DNA of 64,000 bases. Origin: Styela clava (lineage: Eukaryota). Below, in pieces: positions 24,927 to 38,426 of the stretch (its first letter is position 1; every line of letters begins with the position of its first letter). The notes beneath the pieces are model-generated. The model was given only the letters and a program-made list of their open reading frames with translations. It was not told where the DNA came from and did not search any database. The stretch covers positions 17,732,001-17,796,000 of the forward strand of contig NC_135261.1 of NCBI RefSeq assembly GCF_964204865.1, in the 5' to 3' direction. The position numbers and the translations under genes are program-made.

Positions 24927-26614
24927 ATTCCACTGTAAATGTATTTTATTAGTTTATCTAGACATGGAAGTTCATATAAAAATCTGCTTTATTGTCAAAA
25001 TACGTCGTGAAATAGCTCCCAGGCAAAATTTCAATTCAGACTTAGTAATTGTCACATTTATCGGAATAATTCATCTGATAAAACAGAAACAAGTTTCAGT
25101 AATATTGGTGTTAAAGCTATTTAACTGATTTCAAGACAATTTGTATATTGTAAGTTCGTTTTAGATTGAATAAACCAACTTAAAAGCAGCTTTTTGGGGT
25201 ATTTATCCCAATATTCATCTTTTTTGAAAATCTAGATCAATTTTACTCTGTTTTGACTTATTTTTAAGAAATATCAAGAAATTGCAAATATTTTAATCGT
25301 AATATAAAGAAATAAATTATTTCTAAATAATATTCAAAACTTCAATTTACTGTTCTCTTTCCTTTGCTATATAAACATTTACTATAAATAGTTACTTAAA
25401 CAATAAAGTATTCATTAATTCTGTACTGTTGAATTTAAAAGGAATAATCCGTCCCATCATCCTTAACGCGTAATTTGACAAGAACCTTTAGTGATATTTC
25501 AGCGTGGTCTTACAAAATAAATAAACGTTTGAAGCCCGGAGGGAATAAAGTAAATGTCGCAGACCTGAAACCTATTTAATTTTTTATTAACATAGGCCCT
25601 GAACACAAAGGAATAAGTTATCAAATTCACTTCTCAACAAACTTGTGACAATTTTCCCCATTTACCCCTTGTATAAACGCCATTTCTTCCATTTCGATAT
25701 TCTTCAATTAATACTGCTTAATATACTGTATTTATGTATACAAAAGCATCATTGATTTGATTAATTCAAATTATTTGTTGAATCCATAACATAGAACCAC
25801 AAATAGCTGAGAATATTGGAAATATTGAAATAAAGTAGAGCTCAAATGGGTGTAAGATGGACACATATGTGGCGATACCGATCGTTGTAAACTTTGTAAA
25901 TTGGCGATTTCTAGTTCCCTGATATAATATAATATCCAGAAGAAATCCGAATTTTAGAGTAAACGCGTAATTCGAAAACTTTGTTGCTGTAATGCATATT
26001 ACTAATCAAGGTTCCGTAACTTGGATACTTTTTTGGTCTGTGGTATAAAACTAAAACTCTATGTTCAATTGTTCAATAAGCCAAATTTTGGCAAAAATAT
26101 ATCGCTTTTTGTTTTAAATTTAAATGTTAGTTGTAACAAATAACCAAACGACAGAGCCCTATATATATTATCCTACTGTATAATATATCATGCCTCTAGC
26201 TGCCACTAAAGAGCAAGATTATCGAATGTTCATTCAGGTGACAGGGATTATTGAAGTTTTTTCAACCCCCAACGATATCTCTGCCAGAGAACACATATCT
26301 ATCAATACTATACGCTTTTACTACGTAATGTAGAGGTTTGCTCGTTCCATGCATACAAGAAGTTTGGAATACACGAATGCATATTGGCAAGTGTATTTTT
26401 ATGAAAAAGAGAAAAATGTAAGCTCATGTGAAAGTCAAAATGCTATTATTTTCCTAACAAAAATAATCCCTTTGGATCAGAATGTGTGTGTATTTTGATA
26501 TTGAACTTGTAACAGATAAATACCAAATGATAACTAATGAATCTTATTAGTAAGTAATTGCAGTTTTGGCAAAGGTATGTACAACTATATTTATACCTAA
26601 TTTATAGTATAGAC

Positions 26615-26929
26615 CAGGGCTACTCAACTATTTTTACCGAAGATCCGCATACAAAACTTCAAAGTTATTTGCTTCCGGTGTTTCCAGAAATTATATTTCG
26701 ACATTCTTAAACGCGCACTTCCTCGACCGGCTTATGATTATCAACTAATCAAGATTGTTTATTTGGCGTTATAGTTCTTTTCATATATATTCAAAACAAT
26801 AAAAGTCAGTTTATAATATAAAACTTCAAAAGTAGGGCTAATGATCCAAAATAAAGAATTAGGTGTGGTCCGAATCAATTACTCGAAAGGTCCGGATTTG
26901 GACCGCGGTCCGCCAGGTGAGTAGCCCTG
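26615..26929. mobile_element. hAT-type MITE
   Basis: TIRs CAGGGCTACTCAAC / GGTGAGTAGCCCTG; perfect TSD GTATAGAC. Confidence 0.9.
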
Positions 26930-27001
26930 GTATAGACTATAGACAATTGTAGTGAACTGTATTTTGTTTGATTGGCATGAACGTCATAACAAAAATAGAT
27001 A

Positions 27002-27431
27002 CCGCATTTCCGGGCGAATAAGTCTACCCGGCCAATAGGACGAGGCCCGTTTTCAAGCCTGAATTTTTTTTTGCATTTAACCTGCTAATAAGTCGGGGTA
27101 GTGAAATCACATCAACATCGGAATCTCAAATTACCATGCAATGCCTTTTGAGCGGTCGCCGCGTTTGCGCATTGATTAAAATAGCCTATAATGAAGTTTT
27201 CTTGTAGCGTAATATTCAATCCAATAACTAAGGGAATTCAAACTGTCTTGAAATTTTAATCTACTTGTGTTCAAGTCGCGATTGCGTCCACCATAAAAGA
27301 ACATTACCTAATACATAATGAGGCGACACCAAAAAAATGAAAATTATCATACTCGCCTAATAAGACGACCCCCTCAAACTCAGGCCAAAAATTTGGGCCT
27401 AGAAAAGAGACTTATTCGCCGGGAAATACGG
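27002..27431. mobile_element. Tc1/pogo-type MITE
   Basis: TIRs CCGCATTTCCGGGCGAATAAGTC / GACTTATTCGCCGGGAAATACGG with TA TSD. The same right end recurs at about 58865-58889. Confidence 0.85.
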
Positions 27432-30400
27432 TATATAATATTTTATACTCATTTTTTTTCATGAAATTTCGCTTTATGGGTCTTCCTATCACCTACTTGA
27501 TTCCATGTCAGTGTTGACTTGAAATGTTACCTGCCAATTTCAAGAGTTTCGCAACGATGTTTGTAAAAAAATATAACTTAATTGTGTGTTTGCGTCGTGT
27601 TTACTGTTTTATGCTAAAATGCGTATTCAACTTTAGAATTTTAATATCTTGACGAATATGAGAGTAAAACGAGGTGTAAGTGGTGTAATATCACTTGCAA
27701 CAGAGTAACAAAAGTCCAACACAAAAGGGCGTGACACTTCGCAAATCATAATCCTAAATAATAATTCGAAAATTGGATCTAGCATGTAATACAATTTTAA
27801 GGAACTTTGAGAGGAGATTAACGGTAATAATTGATGCTTGGGTAAAAGTCCAGGTTTCGAAAATGCTTTTATCCTTTTCACGGTAGATTACGTGGAATGG
27901 TATCTTTGGCCATTGGTACGTTTCAAATTATACAAAGTATTCAGAATTTTATTTATTTTTTTGTACAAATTATACAAAGATACAATTTTTTTTTTAAAAA
28001 GTATACAAAGTATACGGGATTTTCTCAGTATAGTCGTACGCCATAAACAGTGGCGAAAGATTGCAACTTGTCATAGTTAACAGCAATGCTTGTCTGCATA
28101 TTCATTATTTCATAAAAAGTTGTTTCTTTTGACCTGTTATTATTTTTTTTGTTATAAAACGTATTGAACAATTGGTCTAATTTATATATGTTAGCTTATC
28201 CTGTACATCTCCCAATTTGTGTATTTTAATGAAGTGATAAAATTCTGTATATTTATTTCGTATAATTTTGGAACAGCTTTGTTAACAGCAAAATATATAT
28301 ATAAATCTGTAGGTGTATTTTCACGGCAATTTGTGATCCAGGCACGTGTTCCAGATACATATAATTCACCGTGAATATTAAAACCATAACATTTTGAAAT
28401 GCATCAATTATTACCGATAATCTCAAATACAGCTTCCTTGAAATTATGTTACACGCTAGATCCAATTTTGAAATTTCTAACCTTACCAAAAATGAGACTA
28501 AAAAGAAACCTTTTTTTTTTAACTGGCGTTGAAATACTAAAGCCGTTTTTGTCTCTAATGTCAAAATTACTATACTAAAATTATAGGAAATATAGAAAAA
28601 TTACTAGCAAACTACACGTATGCAAGAAATAGATTTGGCCTCCCACGTGATCTATACTGTGCTATGTTGAATGTTTATTTAAAAGGCTTTTATTATTTTA
28701 TTAAGATTCTTTAATTATTTTTTGTATTTCAAATTGTACTCTGTATGGCGAGTTGAATTCCACATTTCTTGACTAAGAAACCTCTAGACGCATTTGATCT
28801 TCTGACCGTGAAATTATAGTGATCTTTTGAGAGTCAACGTTAAGTCGATAAAAGTATAATTTTCAACGGATTTGTACGTGGATTTTGGGCATCAAAATTA
28901 TTTTCCATGGTGATGATGAAATTGAACTATTTCGAATCTAATGGATTTTAGCGTATCAATTGTACCATTATTAAAAATCGAACTTCAAAATAATGGTACT
29001 CTGCTATTCCAGCAATAAATTGTATTTGTTTTACACTTACAAAAATCTTCATGACTTTCTTACATTAAGGAGTTGTAGGTTCGATTTTAGGTGATTTTAA
29101 TAGATAAAAAGAATTTTCCTCTGTATATTTCTTAAAAAATGTTCCATTCCTAAATTCAAATTGACAATAAAAACAGAAAACCAAAAATATCTTGCAGTGT
29201 TTTGTAGAATAATAAAACTATTTCGATTTAGTCTTATTCTGTAAAACTTCAGCAGTCAAATATTAGTAAAAATGATAATTTTGATTTGTTATTGAACCAT
29301 ATTTATGTGAATATTTACAAATGAATCCATTGGCATTATATTATATTGTTTACAACAAAAATTCGAGTCACTAGGTTTAATATACCCTATCTATAAACTT
29401 GTTTGAGGTTCACGTGGCGACTCGAAGTCGCTTTTTCTTGAAAAGAACTAATTTAGTGGAATACAAACGCAGCGGGTTACGGATAAATATATATTGTATG
29501 ATAAGTTTCAGTTGGAGAATCTGAAACCATTAAATTTTTATGAATAACAAAGCACGCACAAAACGTATTATAACCTAATATGCCGACAATCCGTCTCTAT
29601 ACCAGGGATAAAGTTATTCGCCAAAAATTACCGTAACCATGGGCGACTTTTTTATATGTATTTTAATATTTTTTGAATCATATAATATAATAACTGGATG
29701 ATACAAAAGGCATAGCTTTAATTTTGATTACAAAACGGAAATTGTGTAATATTATAAATCGAAATCACGCTGGGAGATGAGGCGTCATTGACGTGATTTA
29801 AAAGTTAATTATACTCAGTGAAATCTGTCTGTGTGGTCCTGAAAACGCTTTCCCGATATTGCCGTATGAATCTCAGGCACACTTGTAGAAAGTTAAAACT
29901 TGCATTCTCATAGATGATAGACGTTTAAACAACATAACTACTTTGTCATCTTCTTTTCAGTAATAGAAATATATGACAATTTATTGTGGACTTCTTACTA
30001 TTAAAATGTAATTAAATAGTTTAGGTGCTAATTAGCAGTAGCCATATTAAATATTCCCGATACGGTTAGCTATTGCCGAAACTTTGAGCTTTATTCTGAA
30101 ATCACTTAATGAAATATTCTATATGGAATTGTTGAGTTCCGGGTTTGAACCTATATAAAAATAATCTGGTTGTAATATATCTGCCAACTCCTTAATCAAA
30201 CAATTCGAATCGTAAATATCGTTTTTCTTTTTTCATTTTGTAAGTTCATTTTGAACAAAAATGCCCTAAGATTAATTTGCTGAAAAAATATAACCTGCAT
30301 CAATAACCTATTTGTGCCGTAATGAAATGCACTACAATTTTCTTGATTGTTTTTCTGAAATATTCATTAACTTAAGATTTTTAAGATAACTTGGGGTTAC

Positions 30401-30846
30401 TATAGTATATTTTTTTTACGTTTACATGGTAATTGTATCCGAAATATTAGAACAACTGACGATGTGTGAATTGTTTGAGACCATTTCGACATCATTTGCA
30501 AAATAGGGCCTACCTTGTCATCCAATTAGTTACACGCATGAGTGGATTATCGAAATTCTTTCGTGGTTGTCAAACGCAGCCAGATAGATAATCTTGTCTT
30601 CTTACAATAATTTATTTTGCAAAATTATTGAATGTTTGGAGATACGGCTTTATTTATTCAAAAGGATAAAATTATACAAAAACTGAATTTTAATTTATTG
30701 CGTGCTCACGGTGAAATACTACGATGAAAGTGCGTAAGAAACCATTAGTTGATTGTGCAAAATAGGTGAGCAGCAGCGACTGTTAAAGCGCAATGAAATT
30801 GGACTAATCTAATCCTGTGAAAACAACAAAATCCAATTCCATCCTT

Positions 30847-30984
30847 TTGTCATCCACCTGAAGCGATTGATGTAAATAATATAATACCTTTGATGAGCGA
30901 TAAAGGTATTTATGGATTAGTTTCCGCCGAGAAGATTCGACACATGCTGTTTTCGAGTTGTTTTGTTCTATGAAATAATTACCG
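30847..30984. promoter_or_regulatory. Distal conserved non-coding block upstream of Six3/6 A (paralogous to 38279-38426)
   Basis: Colinear shared words TTGTCATCC, TTGATG, AAGGTATT, TTCCGC, GAAGATTC-ACACATG and ATGAAATAATTACCG in otherwise unalignable DNA. Confidence 0.7.
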
Positions 30985-33900
30985 TATTACCCAATATTAT
31001 CTTAAAGAACACATGACCTCGTTAAGAAGTAAGAGCTTAGGTAGAATTACATATCGATTGTGTTGAGCTAAACAAATTGATGTTGTTCATTTCTCACATA
31101 TGAATAAATGGTCTAAATTTAGTACTAATGTACTAACGGGAATACGCATCATATGCATTGCAATTCTTTAAGAAATTACATATTTAATAATTACAAAAAT
31201 TGATAGCAGAATAAGAATGTAATATTTGGATAAATCCTTGTATTCATTTTACAATTTAGATCGAACAACATCAAGTATTCGCCGCAAAAATAAGCATCCT
31301 CTAAGCGTATATTTATACTTATTTGAAAATAAACTCTAAATCCTAGATTAAAAGGACTTTACTTTGTTGTTTCGGCTGCTTACACTCTTACAAAAATGAA
31401 CCAAGCTAACAGATATTTCCAACTTATTTCAGTATTAGTAATTTAATAATTTTCGTTAATTCTTTTCCTTCATCAAATTTTCATCAATTTAATGAGTTTC
31501 ACTGGTACCTGTTTAAAAAAAATCTAGCATTTTCATAATAGTATCGATGTGCGATGATTTTTAATTTATTTCATTGACTAATTGGATGAGATAAACATAA
31601 ATATAACATACCGTTATTACCCAACTTTCAAAAAGTCGATTGGGATAAAAGTCATGAAGCAGATGATACAATCAATAAACAAATACTTCATATCATGAAT
31701 CTATTAGTTCATTGATGTAAAACAATTAGTATTATCAACATGTTGTTTTCGACGATAAGCTGATCATTTTATGATCTTCAGCAAATGCATTTATTGATTT
31801 TTAACGCATTTGGTTAAAACGTCATATATATACATAATTAGTTACTATATCGGTTAGGTTTAATATAGCGAATTCTAAATTTATCCATACTAAATCATCG
31901 TCATGCATGCAGCCCTCGAACACTAAATCGAACACTACATAAATAAGTGAGAAAAAAAATCAATATTGAAATAAATTCATAAAATATGTGCATTTGAAAC
32001 AACGAATAGAACAGCGGCATTGCGTTGATTATTCAGTGAATTATTTGAATTTCGAAGCATGGGGTAGAAATATCTTAAAATATAATTATCAAGAAAGATA
32101 ATTTAACAAATTCTAATTATTGGTATAATTTTTTTTATCAATCTCAATTTATTTCTGAAATATCTGTCGTTGATGCAACAATTATTATTCAAAATAGTAA
32201 AGCACACACTAAGTATAACATACAAGCTAAGATTTTTGATGCACATCGATGAAAAATGATCAACATGCAATATAAATTCAATGTCAATATGTTGATTTTA
32301 CACAAAATTAGAGATAAACAGAATTATAGGATCCGATGCTTAAAATGAATACCGTCGATTTACAAAACTGTTAGTTTATGGACATAATAATCTAACCAAC
32401 TCACTTTATTGAATCTAGTTTTCACACATAGTATAGTGTTTATTACCAAATGTTTTATTTTATTCCAACTTTTTCAAGACGATTGATAGAAATAAGTTTG
32501 AAATGTTGATTGTAATCTAATTCTAATACACCAGAAACTTTTCAAATAGAATCCGTCTAAAAATAAATCAAAAGGTAACCGTCTAATTATCTTAAAATCT
32601 TCTATAGATTTCGAACATTTTTACAAACTGGAAAACTTTATTAAAATCGACAAAAACACCGTTTGCCCCATAGGTCATTATATTTATTACTCTTGTTTAA
32701 TAATGCTTTCTTTCTGATCTCAATCCATGCAGCAGACACGACTAATTCGGCGTGAATATTTAAAGCCATAGATTCCAAATACCATCAATTATTACCAGTA
32801 ATCACATTCATGGCATTTCTTCAAATTGTTTTACACACTAGATCTAATTTTTGAATTACCGGTATACCCAGGATCGAAAACTTCAGACATTTTATTCTAT
32901 AGCTACGTTCTGGTACTACTGAATGAAACTAGCTTGATAATAAAAAATAAGTTCACCGATTTAAACATTAAATATGAAAAAACAAATGGAAAAATACGGA
33001 AAATATATCTATGTGATATATGTCTATGCCGACTTCCCTCACGTATCGGATTTGGTTAGTTAAAAACTATAAAAAAACTTTCGTCGCTTTAAAAATGAAT
33101 GAATACTAATAAATGATCACCACTGAAATCTTATTCGTGCAAAAATCTGGTGCCGGAAGGGACCAACGGAATATTTCTGTCATAGCGTGAGGGTTTTCAG
33201 TTTTAGGTAATTACCCTAATACATAGCGAATCAATAATTTCACACATCCATTCATGAAGGGTAACCAAGTGAATACTTATTGACAATATTGTCTCAGTAA
33301 GAAAATTTTCGTGGCCAATAGCCACTGATGTCACGTTACGTTTATCTGGTAATGGTATATAACAAATGAAAAATTAGAAACAAAAGCATATTTATTGCTT
33401 GTAAAATTTTTCAGTCAAGTGGAAGTATGGAGCAGATACACAAATAGAAAACAGACGAACAAACATAATAACATGTAAAAATCATGTATAAAAGACAATG
33501 TATATAATGCATACTGGGTCCATCGCAGTAACTCCATATTGATGAATCATGATGTTTTCGCACTAACATATTTTGATTATGAAAATACTGTATACAACAA
33601 AAATAATATACGTGCAGAATCACAAGATTTAGGGTTTATAAGATATTGGTCATCCACTTAGGCTGTGAGAAATTTAAGTTTATCGACTTGCTGCCTATCA
33701 AATAGAAGTTGTGCGTGAGATGTGATGTCTGAAGTGCGATCTGTTGACTCCAATAAATCCACGACTATTCAATGACTTCAAAAAGAGATATCAATATGCT
33801 TAAAATGAAGGCTACATTATTAGGATGGCCGTCTTGTAGTCGGGACACTTTCGTTAGTAAAACAATACGAACAACACAAAATGATGTTTAAAATTCGACA

Positions 33901-34075
33901 AACTTAATATTGACGCAACAAAGGCGGTTGTTGGCTTTTTGTTGATAGGTATCGTAGTTTGTTTGTAGCCTATACATTTCAGACATATCATTGCAGAAAC
34001 AAATTTATATATCCAGTATATATCATGTTGTGATGTTAATTGATATCAATTAAGATAATTTATAAATCTGTTATC

Positions 34076-34190
34076 CATTCACGAAAGCAGATTTGATCGC
34101 GTGTCTTCACAGTTGATACACATACATAAATCCTGTAATCAGTAGCGGGTGACACGCGCGTACTAGTCAAGGTGTGAAGTGAAAACATGG
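34076..34190. promoter_or_regulatory. Middle conserved non-coding block upstream of Six3/6 A (paralogous to 40103-40205)
   Basis: CATTCAC..TGTCTTCRCAGTTGA..ATCAGT.GC..GTGAYACGCG.GT..AGTC..GTGT is shared in the same order. Confidence 0.65.
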
Positions 34191-34726
34191 CTATTGAAAG
34201 GTGTGAAAGAATGACATGACTAACATAAAGATTTTCGAAAATAGCAAGACATTACGAATTTATCAAAACTTTTATTTTATAGTATTTTTTAAGCACAATC
34301 GCTAATAGATAGATAATTTTTATGATATTAAACTTAGATTTTCATTCTGTGAATAGCAAGAAATGTAACAGTGTTAAATATTCTCATTAGTCCGCGCATA
34401 GTGCATAGTAAGAAATTGTTTTTATTGTAGAAATACAGCAAAAATAAAATAAAAATGCAATTAAACAGGGTTTTCTACATAACAAATTCATTGATTCATC
34501 TTTATTTATGCTCCTTCTAAGACTCCTTCCTATGTTTTTGATCCAGCCAACCGTAATCAGGAATGGAAGAAGCAAAATACTGTGAAACTAATTTATGATT
34601 TCTATCTTAATTTCATAAGTCTTGTGTAACGATTTTAAATTAATCGCCTGTACTTCTCAGCATGATGGATTTCATTCTGAGAATCTATTTTAACCCGCCG
34701 GAGAAGAGAATTGACAGAGCGAATTG

Positions 34727-34753
34727 GAGAAAAAATGGGGATTATGACGTCAC
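34727..34753 (+). promoter_or_regulatory. Proximal motif of Six3/6 A: K50 homeodomain site GGATTA abutting a CRE (TGACGTCA)
   Basis: GAGAAAAAATGGGGATTATGACGTCAC, about 246 nt before the ATG; counterpart at 40637-40662. Confidence 0.6.
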
Positions 34754-34972
34754 CTCATTTTCTCTTTTTATTGGACGAAAAATTGAAACTTGATCACTTT
34801 GAGTTTTGAGGAGCGTTCTGCCATACGTTGAAGTCAAATCGCATCAAGTAGTAGTTTTGTATGTAATATAAATTTCAACCTACCAGCAAAGTATGAGAAT
34901 GTGAAAAGTTGCTCCTCAATATTGACTCTCTTCTTTTTTTTCAAGGTAATAACGAGAAACATATTTAACATC

Positions 34973-36401
34973 ATGAAGTTGTTTCCACGGGTAGAAATTG
35001 CGGAAAGCAATGATGATTCTGATTCAGAAAAATCAGCCAATTCAATTTCGTCTGCCGAAGATATTCAACAAACACCATGTGTTTCGGGAAAATATTTCCC
35101 TCTCAGCCTCCCGAACATTGCTGCTTCTATGGAAAGATTAAAGAATATGTTAAATTTTGTGCAACAACGTTCTAATACGACACCGATGTTCCCTCTACCT
35201 GTTCCCACCCTTGGATCAACCCAAATTTCAACAGTTTGCGATGCTTTGGCGGAAAATGGAGACATCGAAAGGCTTGCTCGATTTTTGTGGTCCCTGCCCG
35301 CGACACCTTCAATTATGGAAGCTTTGCAAACAGACGAATCAATTTTAAGAGCAAGAGCACTTGTAGCATTTCATCAAGGTAACTTTAGAGAAGTCTATGG
35401 TATTTTGGAACAACATAGATTCACTGATGCTGCATGGCACCATCGATTGCAAGCGATGTGGTTAGAAGCTCATTATCAAGATGCCGAAAGATCACGAGGC
35501 CGTTCACTTGGTCCAGTTGACAAATACAGAATAAGAAAAAAGTTTCCATTACCGAGAAGTATTTGGAATGGAGAACAAAAAAGTCATTGTTTCAAAGAGA
35601 GAACAAGAAATTGTCTTCGAGAATCTTATCTCCGAGATCCATATCCAAATCCGAGCAAAAAGCGTGAACTTGCAAGATTAACTGGTCTTTCGCCTACTCA
35701 AGTTGGAAATTGGTTCAAAAACAGAAGACAGAGGGATCGTGCTGCTGCTGCGAAAAATAGGTAAGCTTGTTTAAATAAACATAAAAGATCTTTGAAACGT
35801 ATCAATTCCATATTATCATTCTATTTCAATTTTGATATTTTTTTCTTTATGGCGCAAAAGCTTGACTATAAATACCTTTATTCCATTTGCACATTTCTAT
35901 ATTCGTATTTGCTCTATGGCTCATACATATTTTTACCTTTTTTTTAGAGTTATGCACCACGAACAAAATGGCGGAGATCACATGTCGTCGACATTAAATA
36001 TTCAGCAAGGTACAACGCGACAAAATTCGATCGAAGAACAACTGAATCACTACAGAGAGCTATCAAGTCCAGGCGATCTCGATACTTCTAAAAATGTATT
36101 AGGATTTTCAACGCCATCTCCAACTCTTAATGATCAAAATACGTCAACAGAACTGATGATGTCATCGATGTTTCGTCAAAAAACTAATGATTCCTCACCG
36201 CAAAAAAATTCGGAGAATTCAGAGCGTTCAGCATTTGCTGAATTCAGTAAATCTTCGAGTTTTATGTTAAATCACCATGCGTTTCTACCCTTTGGAGACA
36301 CTTTGGGTAGCCGCAACAATCCCAACTTCAGAAATACTTTCGGATCCCCGGAAAAAACCATCGACAACACCGACGCACAAAATTTGAATATTCACAAATA
36401 A
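34973..36401 (+). CDS. Six3/6: Six3/6 homeobox transcription factor, paralog A (exons 34973-35760, 35948-36401; ~413 aa)
   Basis: Six domain [14 protein letters not shown]...[20 protein letters not shown], homeodomain [11 protein letters not shown]...[10 protein letters not shown] and the Six3/6-diagnostic tail AAAAKNR. Phase-2 GT-AG intron directly after KNR; AATAAA at 36526. Confidence 0.95.
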
Positions 36402-38278
36402 TACTACAAGATTTTTGTTATTGTATAATTTACTCAAATATCCAGATAACAACATATGGATGAACTGTTTCTTTGAATAATTTCAAAATAATAATTTTGA
36501 ATAATTTGAATTAATAATAATAATGAATAAAAATAATTTCACGTTGAATATACAACCTACAAATCGTCATAATAAGATATGAGAGTTGTTTGTATTCGTG
36601 AATGCGTTGCATAATGTAGTTTTTATCAGATTTTAAAAGAATTCATTCGTATTTTATTTCTGAATGAATTATGTCGAATTTGAAATGGAGCACTCATTGG
36701 AATGTTTTTTTCATATTGTAATATAACTGGTAACTTTTATAATAATAAATACTGATGTATGAACAAAAAAGTTGCATTGGCGTGATTCAATGGTTTCGTT
36801 AGTTTATAGCTATAACAATAAAATCACAATTTAGTTGAATAAACTATTTGCTTGAATTGTTTGTTTCGAATTCAAAACGTTGGGTTTTGGCCAAGTATCA
36901 TGCAGCAGAAAAACAAAATCAATATTAATTTTTGTAATGGTGTAGTGGGTAAGGATATATCACAAATTCTATCTCAGTTTGATTCAAAATTGACACGAAC
37001 TCTTGTGTAACCTAATCCAAAACAGAAGTCTAAAATTTTTGTCAATACTTTATTAAAGTATCTAAATCATTTAATATTTTTTTCTTTTAATAATATGATT
37101 TTATATACTCTTATTTGGTGAGAAGGCAGATCAGCAGAAGGTATACCAGAATACAGTTACTTACCATACATATATTAGTGCTTTAAAACACGCGTGCGAA
37201 AGAAAGATTAAGTTTAGTCCCCACAGACGAAAATTGAGAATTCATATTAATTTTAGCTTTATGAAATAATCTATTATTTTGTTGCTGTACAATCAATCGC
37301 AGTCAATTATTTCCTAAATTCGAATACTGCTCGGAAAATTTATTTGGTATCTTGTGCTGAACAAAAGTGCATAGTATAACTTGCAATCCACACTCAACAT
37401 TTAGCTCATTTCACAAAATAATCGACTCTCAGTTTAATGGAAAATATAGCATCCTGTCCACGGCCATGTTTGTGGACAATAAGACTTTTAAATTTGTTGC
37501 GGGGCGGTATTTTTAAGTTAAGAGATTGAGCCCTGATCAAACTCAATGTTTCGTAAAACTTAAATATCAAAGGTCGTTGAGGATTTAAACATCGACAATA
37601 TGGCGTCTCTCCATCAAAATATTGAATGGAGGGGAATATGAGCTCAGCAGGTTTAGAGCAGATATAATGTGTCATAGAGCTTGTAATAACGACATCAGAT
37701 TTTCTATTGAGTCTGCGTTAAAAAAGAAGTAAAACACCAACAACAGGGCTTCGTCTCTTAGATAGACAATCTGACTATATTCTACTGCGATTTAAATTTC
37801 ATTGACGCATTTTTATTTTGACGAAACTTAGTTTGAGCTATTCTAGTACACAAATTTATTACACTTTAAATAATCTTTAAATGAAAACAATTAGCTATAA
37901 AATTAAATTCACACGATAAATCGTATGTTATGTATAATGTCAACAACGTGCTAAATTACAGTACATAATAAAATACACTTTAGTCAAATTATCTATATAC
38001 AGGATTTTGCCATAATTTCATGCCCTAATATAATAACGCATCAATATTCTATATGCGATAAAAAATTAGTAATCTATCATTTTATTTTATACACAATAAA
38101 TAAAATTGTACTTTTCAATTTATCCCCAAATCTCGTTGTTTCCCACAATATGTAAACATGTATATTGTGGATGATTAGTTAACACTTTAAATTGTTGTGA
38201 TTTTAAACATATTTTGATTTCATTGTTGGGAAAACAAGTTAATCCCATAAAAACACAATAAAAATTAATTCCGTCCCG

Positions 38279-38426
38279 TTGTCATCCCACTCGAAGTAAA
38301 TGAAATAAATAGCATTAACACCGTTGATGCGTGATTAAGGTATTAGGGATTTAAATTTATTTCCGCTGTGAAGATTCAACACATGTCGTGCTCAGGTGAT
38401 GTACTTAACCCATGAAATAATTACCG
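38279..38426. promoter_or_regulatory. Distal conserved non-coding block upstream of Six3/6 B
   Basis: Paralogous to 30847-30984. Confidence 0.7.

Noticed and set aside
34901-34972. N-terminal extension of Six3/6 A in the ORF track
   Set aside because: It starts at GTG; paralog B begins MKLFPRVEI, matching the ATG at 34973.
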